Position numbers and translations under genes: made by a program. A model generated the notes under the pieces. That model made no database searches, was not told the DNA's origin, and saw only the letters and a list, made by a program, of their open reading frames with translations. Below, in pieces: positions 17,942 through 26,600 of a stretch of DNA of 64,000 nucleotides. The DNA comes from Bdellovibrionota bacterium (GTDB lineage: Bacteria; Bdellovibrionota_C; UBA2361; SZUA-149; CAZDWZ01), in the NCBI GenBank assembly GCA_046328905.1, contig JAXLVP010000002.1, positions 197,499-261,498 of the forward strand, in the 5' to 3' direction. The stretch's first letter is position 1; each line of letters opens with the position of its first letter.

Positions 17942-19474
17942 TTACGCCGGAAGCAGCTCGCTATGCGCCCTCAGGAAATCTCGCGCTACGCGGCAGTTCA
18001 TCACACCAGACACTGATCGCAGGAGCGCTTCACGCCTGAAACGGGCCTGCAAGATCTCATCCCGCTCAGAATACAAGGATTTCCCATCCATCCGATCCAT
18101 CATCTCGATCGCCGCACCTTGAATTTCTTCAGGAGTATTCTCCAAGACACGCACCTTTTCCCGGGCATAGACGTGCATATTGACGCAGGAAGTGAATGGC
18201 GGTGACAGAGCTTCAGCAAAGGTTTGCAATCGACCGTCACGTTCAGAGTATTGAAGCTTCGGCAAGAAGAGATCCTCGCCGCCATACGGATAGAAGTCAG
18301 TGCCCACAATATTTGTCCAAATATTCGGTCTGCCCCAGGGCGAGGCGGCTCCGTTCGGACCCGACGCACTCGAAATAAAAAAACGACATTCGGCGGAACA
18401 ATAGATGTCGAGCCAATCCGTGGACGGTATCCGATGGGGAAGGTCGATGACAAACGGCATCGAAGGAAGCGGTGTCATATGCGGCGCTCCTATTCGTACA
18501 ACTGCTCCGCCTCTTTGGACGATCGATTCTATAGCTGGAATGTAGTTCTGAGCCGACGAGTTCATATAGGTCCAGAATGCTTCCTCCGTCGGATTTCCGG
18601 AACCGGCCAATTGCTCGCGGACATGGAGGGTAACAAACCACCGGTCTTTTGGAAGTCCGAGCGACTCGAGCAAGGCCCGACCCTGCTCCCGATGTTGTTC
18701 GTCGATCGAGAGGAGCGGGCGGCCCACCTCTCGATCCCACCGATCTTGCAGCTTCACCATCGCATGATGAAGGTGGAGCGGCTTGCCTTCTTTCACACGC
18801 AGCCAACACGAGTCGTACTCGAGATCTCGAGCGAGAGGTTGAAGCAATTGGCACAGCCCGGGATCAGTTACGACGCAGAGGTAACGCTTCCAGTACTCGA
18901 GTAGCGCCGGATTTGCTACCTTTCCGTTTGGTGCAAGAAGCACAGGCTGAAACCATTCTGGAAGCAGCCCGAGAACTTTCATTTTCAAAAAGAATTCCGG
19001 CTCGCTGACGAGATGGCCAAAATGCGTGAGCGTACCCGTGCGAGTTTGAAAAAAACGAAGTCCGCTCTTTCCAAGCGGGTGGGCGTTGATAAGGATGGCG
19101 CGTCTTTCGTGCGCTGACTCAATCCATCGATAACAGCTGTCTTGGTCCCCGGCGAAATGGTACAGAAATGCGGCGGAATAGCATGCTTCGATCGCGTCAG
19201 CAGAGATGTTGTCGGAGGCCAATTCGAGACCGTAAGCAAAATATCTTGCGACTTGGAAGAGAGCCTCGACCTGCATTTGACCCGTTGCCACGGGCATGAG
19301 CGTGCGCGCCAGCGAGACATACGCGTCCCCTAGCGCGCGACGATGGTCGTCATCCCACAGATCCTTCGGCGCGTCCTCGAGCCGGAAGATACCCTCCACG
19401 AAAGGTAGCGCCGGCGCAGTGCTCAGCGGGTCAATAGGTAGATTTTCATTCAGCGCGGCAGCAAGATTCGTCAC
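17942..19474 (-). CDS. conserved hypothetical protein, possible GT-B-fold glycosyltransferase (heptosyltransferase-like C-terminal motif)
   Basis: ISSASGPNGAASPWGRP resembles the GT9-type DSGP..H.A.A.G.P motif; start placed at GTG 19474 immediately after the upstream stop because the longer track ORF (to 19744) would overlap the upstream gene by about 270 nt. Confidence 0.4.
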   Translation of the reverse strand: MTNLAAALNENLPIDPLSTAPALPFVEGIFRLEDAPKDLWDDDHRRALGDAYVSLARTLMPVATGQMQVEALFQVARYFAYGLELASDNISADAIEACYSAAFLYHFAGDQDSCYRWIESAHERRAILINAHPLGKSGLRFFQTRTGTLTHFGHLVSEPEFFLKMKVLGLLPEWFQPVLLAPNGKVANPALLEYWKRYLCVVTDPGLCQLLQPLARDLEYDSCWLRVKEGKPLHLHHAMVKLQDRWDREVGRPLLSIDEQHREQGRALLESLGLPKDRWFVTLHVREQLAGSGNPTEEAFWTYMNSSAQNYIPAIESIVQRGGAVVRIGAPHMTPLPSMPFVIDLPHRIPSTDWLDIYCSAECRFFISSASGPNGAASPWGRPNIWTNIVGTDFYPYGGEDLFLPKLQYSERDGRLQTFAEALSPPFTSCVNMHVYAREKVRVLENTPEEIQGAAIEMMDRMDGKSLYSERDEILQARFRREALLRSVSGVMNCRVARDFLRAHSELLPA

Positions 19475-19476
19475 GT

Positions 19477-20265
19477 TCAATGTCCTTCCGTCTCGCGACC
19501 AGTCACTGTTCGAAACCGGCCGGAGGCGATATCCTGCTCGGCCCGTGCGATTCGATCGGGAGTGTCGATTCCAAGCTGATAAAATTTCGCCCCATCTACT
19601 GGAAACGCAAATATTTTTTTTGAAGAAGCGAGCACCTTCGGGAAAACATCCCGTGGAAGGTCGACGACAGGCGACCCTTCGTCCTTGGGGGAAACGAAGC
19701 TCAGTATCTCGGGAGAAAAAGCGTATACGCTTGAACTCACCCATTGCGAGACTATTTCGGAGTCAGTTTGAGGTCGTTCGACGAACCGGAGTATCTTTTT
19801 CGTCGACTCATCGAACAGAATCACTCCTGATTTTTTCAGCTGGTCGCGAGGGCGGAAGTAGCAGCACAAAGTAGCGATGCCTTCGCTCACCCTGTGCGCT
19901 TCAGCGACAGCTCGCAGATCGAAGTTCACCAGCATATCGGCGGACAACACAAAAAAAGGCTCGGAGAGAGCCATCGCCGCAGCAACCTTGCGCATCCCTC
20001 CTGCCGTACCGGTCAGCTCGTGCTCATCAACATACTCAAGCTTTAGACCAAAGCGAGATCCACCCCCAAAGTACGTTTTGATCTTCTCGGCGTGGTAGCT
20101 TACGTTCACGCCGATATGGTCGACGCCATGCGAGGCAAGAAGCTCGATACCATATTGCATCAGCGGCTTCCCGCTTATCGGAATGAGGGGCTTCGGCTGA
20201 TGATCGGTCAATGACCCCATCCGTTCACCCCGGCCGGCTGCAAGCAATATTGCTTTTCGGATCAT
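19477..20265 (-). CDS. sugar-phosphate nucleotidyltransferase (RmlA/HddC/mannose-1-P guanylyltransferase-like)
   Basis: N-terminal LLAAGRGERMGSLTDHQPKPL signature of NTP-transferase family; about 260 aa. Confidence 0.75.
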   Translation of the reverse strand: MIRKAILLAAGRGERMGSLTDHQPKPLIPISGKPLMQYGIELLASHGVDHIGVNVSYHAEKIKTYFGGGSRFGLKLEYVDEHELTGTAGGMRKVAAAMALSEPFFVLSADMLVNFDLRAVAEAHRVSEGIATLCCYFRPRDQLKKSGVILFDESTKKILRFVERPQTDSEIVSQWVSSSVYAFSPEILSFVSPKDEGSPVVDLPRDVFPKVLASSKKIFAFPVDGAKFYQLGIDTPDRIARAEQDIASGRFRTVTGRETEGH

Positions 20266-20840
20266 AAGACTGGCGCCGCGAGCAGTGGAATAAGCTCGGA
20301 AAAGCTTGTGATAGTGTTATCCGGTGTTATTCGGTGGAGAGAAAGGTACAAGTCCTGCGCCTGTCGCGGGTCGTAGAGCACGGTTCTTACACCGGCTGAC
20401 TCTCCAGCCTTAATATCCGAAGCACGATCTCCGACAATCAACGAAGAAGCAAGGTCAATATTCAGCTCATCGGCCGCATCAATCAACATTCCGGGTTTTG
20501 GCTTCCGGCACTCACATGAACCACTCAAGCCGCGGACAGTCCCTCTCTCGTGATGATAGCAGTAGCGAACGGCATCGAAAGATATTCCTTGGGTCTCGAG
20601 AAGGCGAACGAACGCCTGCTCTATCTCCATCCGAGTTTCAACTGTCACTTTGCCAAGTGCGACATCAGGCTGATTCGATACGACAACAAGAAGGTAGCCT
20701 GCACGACGTGCAGATTGTAGGACTTCAACGATGCCGGAGACGATCCGGAGTGAATCTGGCGAGCGAACAGCCTCACCGTCGATGTCGTGAACGATCACCC
20801 CATCCCGATCCAAAAAAAGTGCCGGGCGTGCGGTCTTCAT
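20262..20840 (-). CDS. HAD-IIIA family phosphatase (GmhB / histidinol-phosphatase-like)
   Basis: LFLDRDGVI motif I, VVSNQ motif II, CxCRKPKPGM and GDRASD motifs typical of heptose-bisphosphate phosphatase-like enzymes. Confidence 0.7.
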   Translation of the reverse strand: MKTARPALFLDRDGVIVHDIDGEAVRSPDSLRIVSGIVEVLQSARRAGYLLVVVSNQPDVALGKVTVETRMEIEQAFVRLLETQGISFDAVRYCYHHERGTVRGLSGSCECRKPKPGMLIDAADELNIDLASSLIVGDRASDIKAGESAGVRTVLYDPRQAQDLYLSLHRITPDNTITSFSELIPLLAAPVL

Positions 20841-20846
20841 GACGAA

Positions 20847-21962
20847 TCACGAAGCAAGCTTTTCGACAACACCCATCGCCTGCTCGATGGTGTCGTCGAT
20901 ATCAATACCGTACCGGTAGGCACCGGCACGACCTATCGAGAAGACGTTGTCAGGCATCATCGCGAAATACTTATCCGCTTTCGCCTGCTCGAACTTCGTC
21001 GGGAAAGGATAGTGCTTTCCGTTGTCTGACGGAATCTCCATACCGATCAATGTGGTCGGCGACTTGTGATGAGTGAATTTTTTGTACTCGACGAGCCGAG
21101 TGAATTTCTCGTTGTTCGCATAGTAGAGAAAGTAAACGTTCTCCGGGAAGCTGTGCTCCACTGGAAGCACGAACGTGTGCAGGTCACGACCAAGGTAGAA
21201 GAGCTCACCGTGACAATGTTCGAAAAGGATGTCGGGTGAAATCGTGTTGATAATGACATCGAACGTTTTTTTCTCGCCCTTGATTACGACAGTCTTATTC
21301 GGAATGTCGTAATGTTCAATCTTCGTTGAGAGCAGTACTTTCGCCTGAGCAGTGCTGATGTCGAAGTATTTATTGTAGCCGTCTTCCGCGTAGGGATACG
21401 CAGAAATCGCTGTATCCCACGCAGCCCGAGGACCCTCTTTGAGCGCTACCCCTTTCGGCGACCAACTGAACGTGTCGAGGATCTTGTTATCATCGATCTG
21501 CCACATCTTCTTGCTGTACTGATTGATGTACTTGTCATACAGCGTCTGACCAACAGATCCGACCCAATAATCTTCGATGTTTTGGGCGTTCGCAACACCC
21601 TTCACGGTTCTGAGCTCTTCCTTGATCTTATCACAGTCCGGCATCCGCTCGATGTCGTCAACGTGGATCGGGAAGTTGTAAAATGCGTTGTCACGTTCGA
21701 CGTAGGTCAGAAATTGGTGGTCGGCACAAAGACGAAGCGGGCAGAAATGGTTGAGAAAGTCGTAGACGCGTCTGTTCTGCGTCAAAAAGTGTCGCGGCCC
21801 GAACGTGTAGGGGTGCCCGCCGAACCAAAAGGTCCGGACGCCCGCACCGAGGAACGGCCCTGCCTCGACGATAGTTACGTCCCAATTTTTCCCTTGAAGC
21901 GCCAACTGATGTGCGCTCGTGCAGCCGGCAAATCCGCCACCAATAATCAGAACTTTTTTCAT
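20847..21962 (-). CDS. UDP-galactopyranose mutase-like FAD-dependent enzyme (pyranose-furanose mutase family)
   Basis: Start at ATG 21962 (MKKVLIIGGGFAG, GGAGG RBS); GPRHF...VYDF and C-terminal GRAGAYRY motifs resemble UGM; the first 46 codons of the track ORF were discarded. Confidence 0.65.
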   Translation of the reverse strand: MKKVLIIGGGFAGCTSAHQLALQGKNWDVTIVEAGPFLGAGVRTFWFGGHPYTFGPRHFLTQNRRVYDFLNHFCPLRLCADHQFLTYVERDNAFYNFPIHVDDIERMPDCDKIKEELRTVKGVANAQNIEDYWVGSVGQTLYDKYINQYSKKMWQIDDNKILDTFSWSPKGVALKEGPRAAWDTAISAYPYAEDGYNKYFDISTAQAKVLLSTKIEHYDIPNKTVVIKGEKKTFDVIINTISPDILFEHCHGELFYLGRDLHTFVLPVEHSFPENVYFLYYANNEKFTRLVEYKKFTHHKSPTTLIGMEIPSDNGKHYPFPTKFEQAKADKYFAMMPDNVFSIGRAGAYRYGIDIDDTIEQAMGVVEKLAS

Positions 21963-21987
21963 GCCACCTCCCAAAATCCGCTGCGCG

Positions 21988-22758
21988 CTAAACCTTGCAC
22001 GTAATGAATGACATACCGAAGCCGCCGATGGGCAGAAACTGAGCAAACGTGAATTCGCTCCGCTCTTGCAGCTCTTTGAAAGCCTTTCCCACCCCGGCAA
22101 ACGGCGAGCCTTTGTATCCGACGTGATAGTCGTCGATATAAATCAATGTTCCCGGCTGCAAAAACGGCTCAATGAATTTGAACACCGGAACAGCGCTTTC
22201 GTAGAGGTCGCAATCAACACAAATCATGCTGGCTCGAACACCCCGTTCGAAGAGCTCGGACTGCAACTGCGAGGTAAGGCTCTTTTGATAAAAACCTTTG
22301 TACGTGTGAATTTTGTCGGTGTAAACACCCAGGCTCGTCACCAGACGACGGAATTCTTCTTCGCTGGTAGCGAGCGCGCCGGGCGTGTAGTCCGACACTG
22401 ACACTTCGTCTTCGTTTTCGATGACCGGCAAACCCTCGAAGCTATCGAAGGCGTGGAACTTCATGAAATGCATGTTCTGCCGCCGCGCTTCGCTCACCGC
22501 CATCCGAAAGGTTCTCGCGCGGTGACACCCGAACTCCATGTAGTCCCCAACAATTTCGTTCGCGTAGAGCGAATCAAACGCCTGGATGTAAAAATTGCGT
22601 TTCGTTGTTTGGCGACGCAGCTGGTTGTAAGCAATCTGCTCTTTCTCACCCCAGTTCTCGAGCTCGGCTGCAGTTCCGAGCTCAACCCACGGTTCGCCCT
22701 GGATTCCTCTTGCGGCAAACTCTTCGACCGGAACGCGTTTGTCGGATCTCATCGTCAT
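21988..22758 (-). CDS. TylF/MycF-type SAM-dependent O-methyltransferase
   Basis: IVGDYMEFGCHRARTF and ICVDCDLYES motifs typical of macrocin-O-methyltransferase-like sugar O-methyltransferases. Confidence 0.65.
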   Translation of the reverse strand: MTMRSDKRVPVEEFAARGIQGEPWVELGTAAELENWGEKEQIAYNQLRRQTTKRNFYIQAFDSLYANEIVGDYMEFGCHRARTFRMAVSEARRQNMHFMKFHAFDSFEGLPVIENEDEVSVSDYTPGALATSEEEFRRLVTSLGVYTDKIHTYKGFYQKSLTSQLQSELFERGVRASMICVDCDLYESAVPVFKFIEPFLQPGTLIYIDDYHVGYKGSPFAGVGKAFKELQERSEFTFAQFLPIGGFGMSFITCKV

Positions 22759-22760
22759 AG

Positions 22761-23903
22761 TTAATCGTTCCTGATAAAACTCACGTATTGCTGGCCCCTT
22801 CCGAAGAAGGTTTTAAAATTGTCGAAGTCGTCGGCTCCGATTCGTTCTTCGAGAAAATCGGCGGCTTCAGTAAAGGCCAATTTGGTCTGCGGCATAAACT
22901 CGTTGATGTGGGAAAGCTCCCGAATCTTCGCTGCTGCTTCGCAGTTCAGCTGGGACGGTTCCGAACTGTCCTCAATCTGTTGCATAAGCTCAAAACAGTC
23001 CTGAGCAAGACGCAAAATTCGCGTTCCGGTTTCAGGAGAGTGTGCCGGCAACTCAAACCGGTAGTCTGTCAGGTTTGCGATGTTGCTCAAGTACTGCACT
23101 TTGAGACTCGCATTGGACGTGCGTTCATCTCCGTGGAGGTCCTTATACCACCTCCAATCTTGCATAAATCGCGGGGAGCTGCCGTAGAATGTCCATCCGT
23201 CACAAACCGAATCAATCGCGTCCGTGATAGAGAAGAAACCTGCAAAATACTTGATGATGATATTGTCCTGAACCCAGTCACGGGCAGGTCGATTCATTCC
23301 CTTGAGCGTTTTCAAATGCGAGGCAAAGAACGGTTCGAGTACCTTCACCCGGTCCTCCATCGGATCCGAGAACGGGCTGAGCTTCATGGCAATCAAGCGG
23401 CGGAGCGATTCTCCAAGAAACGACGCCGAGTCTATCGATGTGCCGACGACAATGCCGCCGGGTTTCGTGAATTGCGCCACATGTCGGAAAAATGCTTTTG
23501 AATCGAGTTGAAAGGGAACCACGCCTTCACACAACACGAGATCGAAGCGGTCGGCGGTGTCGAATCGCTCGATGAGAGAGCTCACGATCTCGATGCTTTC
23601 AAACGGAACGTTATATTCGTGAAAGTTCTTCGTGAGGGTCTGAATCGCCGTCGGATTTCCGTCCACGAGAACGTAACGTGCGAGATTGAGTGAAGCCGTG
23701 AAAAGCGCGTTGTAACCCGAGCCAGGGCCGAATTCGATCACCTCGCATCCACGAAGCAACCGTGATGGAATGCCGAGATGGCGATACAAGCTCTCGCGCC
23801 GTTCAAAGTGTTTCCTCAGCGCAGAGATATCTTGTCCGACGGGAGAGATCTTGTGCGTCGTGTAGAAGTCGAGATACGGCCGTTTTTCGTTATCGTTTTG
23901 CAT
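22761..23903 (-). CDS. class I SAM-dependent methyltransferase
   Basis: Motif I VIEFGPGSGYN; 380 aa with long C-terminal extension of unknown function. Confidence 0.6.
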   Translation of the reverse strand: MQNDNEKRPYLDFYTTHKISPVGQDISALRKHFERRESLYRHLGIPSRLLRGCEVIEFGPGSGYNALFTASLNLARYVLVDGNPTAIQTLTKNFHEYNVPFESIEIVSSLIERFDTADRFDLVLCEGVVPFQLDSKAFFRHVAQFTKPGGIVVGTSIDSASFLGESLRRLIAMKLSPFSDPMEDRVKVLEPFFASHLKTLKGMNRPARDWVQDNIIIKYFAGFFSITDAIDSVCDGWTFYGSSPRFMQDWRWYKDLHGDERTSNASLKVQYLSNIANLTDYRFELPAHSPETGTRILRLAQDCFELMQQIEDSSEPSQLNCEAAAKIRELSHINEFMPQTKLAFTEAADFLEERIGADDFDNFKTFFGRGQQYVSFIRND

Positions 23904-24286
23904 CGCGAAGCGGCATCGATTCTAGGGCAAACGTAATTCCATTTGCAGCACGCAGGTGTGCCGCCCTATTCGGATGTAGGAAATCAGCAGAGTGGTTCGA
24001 CAACCCATCAAGTGTCAATTCGATGACAGTACCGCAGATCGTCGATCTCAGGCTCGATCTTCTTTGAGCGAGACCGTAGGTCGTCCGTCTCGTCACACCG
24101 AGCGCGGAAATTGACCGTTGGTGTGCGGAATCGCCTCACTGGGTCGGTAATCGATCTTATCGTTCGATTCAGACGCTCCGGATACTCAACGCGAGGCCGA
24201 ACAAGCAAAGGTACGCCGAACCCAAGCCGCGCTTTCGCTCATCTTTTAAAGAGGATTAGTCCCGCAAAACTGGTGAGTTTTTTCGT
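23904..24286. promoter_or_regulatory. divergent intergenic region (putative promoters for the methyltransferase operon and the radical-SAM operon)
   Basis: 383-bp gap between divergently transcribed operons; no convincing small precursor-peptide ORF inside. Confidence 0.3.
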
Positions 24287-25450
24287 ATGGACGCAGTCGG
24301 CAACAGCAGCGTCACGCAGATGGATCAAGATATTTCCCCAGACAGACTGCGAGCGCTTCCGTCTCCACTCCCCGCGGACGGACGCGAAGCTTACACGCGT
24401 GAACGAGAGCTCGCGTTGGCGTATTCCTCGCGCCGTCGAGAGAACTACGAGCGCTATCTCGCCTCAAATCGTCGCAGCGCGACCGTCGACTACCTGCCCA
24501 TCGTGCTCGACATCGAAAACGTTTCGCGGTGCAATTTTCGCTGCATCATGTGCATCACGAACGATTTCAAGAAGGGCAAACGCGCCAGAGACATGTCCGT
24601 TGACGAGTTCAAGCGGCTGATCGACGAGCAGTATGGTTTGGTCGAAATCAAGCTGCACGGCATCGGAGAGCCGCTCTTACAAGGCGATGATTTCTTCGAA
24701 ATGGTTCGCTACGCACGTGCTCAGCATATCTGGGTGCGAACGGTAACGAATGCATCTCTTCTTCACCGCCGGGACAATTACAAAAAGCTTGTCGACAGCG
24801 ACATCAACGAGATTCAGATCTCAATCGACGGAGCGGACAAGGAAGTTTATGAGCGCATCCGCCGCCTGGCAGATTTTGAGCAGGTCACGGCCAACTGCAA
24901 ACTCATCAACCAATACAGCCGGAGCGCGGGCAAGCTTCGGACAAAGATGTGGACCGTAGTGCAGCGAGAGAACGTACACCAGCTCGAAGCTCTTGTTGAT
25001 CTCGCGCACGAGCTTGGATTCTCCAATCAAGTTTTTTCACTGCAGGTGCATGCGTGGGGATCGGAAGAGCTCGCGCAAAGGAACCACGACGCGCAGACAG
25101 ATGACATACTCAGCGAGCGTCGCTTGTTGGCCCTCGTGGATCGGGGACAGCGGCTCGGAGTCGACGTTCGATTTTGGAATATCACCAAGAAGTACAGCTC
25201 GGACGCTCCAGAGACACTTTGCCCTTGGCCCTTCGAACGCGCTTTTATCGGCTCTGATGGAAGAACAGTTCCCTGTTCGATGATTGCCAACCCGGATGTT
25301 TCAGAGATTGGTCGGGGGAAGAGCTTCCTCGAAAATTGGACCGGGGAGGAGTATCGCACGTTCCGCGAGGCTCATATCAAGGGAGATATCCCGTCCATCT
25401 GCAAAGAATGCTACCTCCACAATGAACGCACCAAGGAATCTGCGCAATGA
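24287..25450 (+). CDS. radical SAM enzyme with C-terminal SPASM-like Cys-rich domain
   Basis: CNFRCIMC (CxxxCxxC) radical-SAM cluster motif; C-terminal additional cysteines (CPWPF...GRTVPC...CKEC) consistent with auxiliary Fe-S clusters; an in-frame Met 11 codons downstream is an alternative start. Confidence 0.75.
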   Translation: MDAVGNSSVTQMDQDISPDRLRALPSPLPADGREAYTRERELALAYSSRRRENYERYLASNRRSATVDYLPIVLDIENVSRCNFRCIMCITNDFKKGKRARDMSVDEFKRLIDEQYGLVEIKLHGIGEPLLQGDDFFEMVRYARAQHIWVRTVTNASLLHRRDNYKKLVDSDINEIQISIDGADKEVYERIRRLADFEQVTANCKLINQYSRSAGKLRTKMWTVVQRENVHQLEALVDLAHELGFSNQVFSLQVHAWGSEELAQRNHDAQTDDILSERRLLALVDRGQRLGVDVRFWNITKKYSSDAPETLCPWPFERAFIGSDGRTVPCSMIANPDVSEIGRGKSFLENWTGEEYRTFREAHIKGDIPSICKECYLHNERTKESAQ

Positions 25451-26598
25451 CCCTCATCCCGATCGACGAATACAATCGCAGCGAGCAGGCCGCCCTGACG
25501 AGCGCGAGCAATCGATATCGTGAAGCTTTCGCTCCCTCTCACTTCAGCTCATTCGGATATCCGTCGCGCGTCGTAGACGAAAACGAGCTCTACAATTTTG
25601 TCGATGTAATGCAAGAGCGCCGCTTCGACTACTACTTCGATTCAGTCCTCGGTGCCCTCACGGAAGAGGAGTTTGAAAAGTACCGCTTTCTTTCCTCTGC
25701 GGTAGCCGAGCTCTGCAAGAAGCGTTTCGGGAAGCCGGGCTGCGGTAAGAGCGCCATCGCCCACAGCATCAACGTCTTACGACATATTCAGTTCGTGACG
25801 AACAATCAGTCCGCTCGCGTATTTGAGATAGGCCCCGGATGCGGATACCTCGGCGCGCTACTCACCGGCTCCAATTACCGATACATGAGCTACGATGTTA
25901 CTCAGGCATTCTATCTTTATCAGAACCGCCTGCTGTCTCATCTGTATGGTTCGCGGCTGGTCGAAGTCGCGACTGGGGGGCTTTCAGGAAAACATATTGA
26001 ACATCTCTTGAGTGGCGAGGCCGGCTTCTTACCAGCGATCCACCTTCCGTGGTGGGAGGCGATGCGCCTGCCGCAGGGCCATATTCCAACGGTGGATATC
26101 GTCACATGCAATCACGTCTTGTGCGAGATGCACTATATGAGCTTATCATTCATGGCGAAGCTCTGCCGCTTGATGCTCGAAGGGTCTTCGGGTCCTCGGC
26201 TCGTTGTCTTCGAAGGTTGGGGATGGCATGCAACGAATCGCCTCTCGACAGTAGTTGGGGAGCTTTACAGGCACGGATTCGTGCTCGCGCACCAGGACCC
26301 TCACATATCGGTTCTTGCCCTTCGCGCAGACGTAAATGCCGGGCAATTTCCGGAAGTCGGTGCCGCAGTTGATACGCACGGGATTAACTGGAGTGCCGGC
26401 AAGTGCTTCGTCGAAGAAGGCGTGAAGCCGTTTGACGGCCCCGCGATAGGTCGTAAGCTCGCCGAGTCTCGAGAGCGGCTGAGGAGTCGACAAACCGTTT
26501 CGAAAGAGATCGTCAGAAATCACCTGGTGTCGCTCGTCGGCGAAAATGGTCTCACGACCGAAGATGAGCATTTCTTAAACTTCATTGAGCACCCGTAA
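25447..26598 (+). CDS. putative SAM-dependent methyltransferase (class I-like)
   Basis: VFEIGPGCGYLG motif I, acidic post-I residue (YMSYD), DIVTCNHVL motif II; start overlaps upstream stop. Confidence 0.5.
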   Translation: MTLIPIDEYNRSEQAALTSASNRYREAFAPSHFSSFGYPSRVVDENELYNFVDVMQERRFDYYFDSVLGALTEEEFEKYRFLSSAVAELCKKRFGKPGCGKSAIAHSINVLRHIQFVTNNQSARVFEIGPGCGYLGALLTGSNYRYMSYDVTQAFYLYQNRLLSHLYGSRLVEVATGGLSGKHIEHLLSGEAGFLPAIHLPWWEAMRLPQGHIPTVDIVTCNHVLCEMHYMSLSFMAKLCRLMLEGSSGPRLVVFEGWGWHATNRLSTVVGELYRHGFVLAHQDPHISVLALRADVNAGQFPEVGAAVDTHGINWSAGKCFVEEGVKPFDGPAIGRKLAESRERLRSRQTVSKEIVRNHLVSLVGENGLTTEDEHFLNFIEHP

Positions 26599-26600
26599 GC

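Noticed and set aside
23904-24286. RiPP interpretation: a precursor peptide for the radical SAM/SPASM enzyme in the upstream intergenic region
   Set aside because: No short ORF with a plausible leader/core and RBS was found; the only overlapping ORF (24111-24620) is out of frame, low-complexity and overlaps the rSAM gene. Neighbouring genes are all sugar-modifying.
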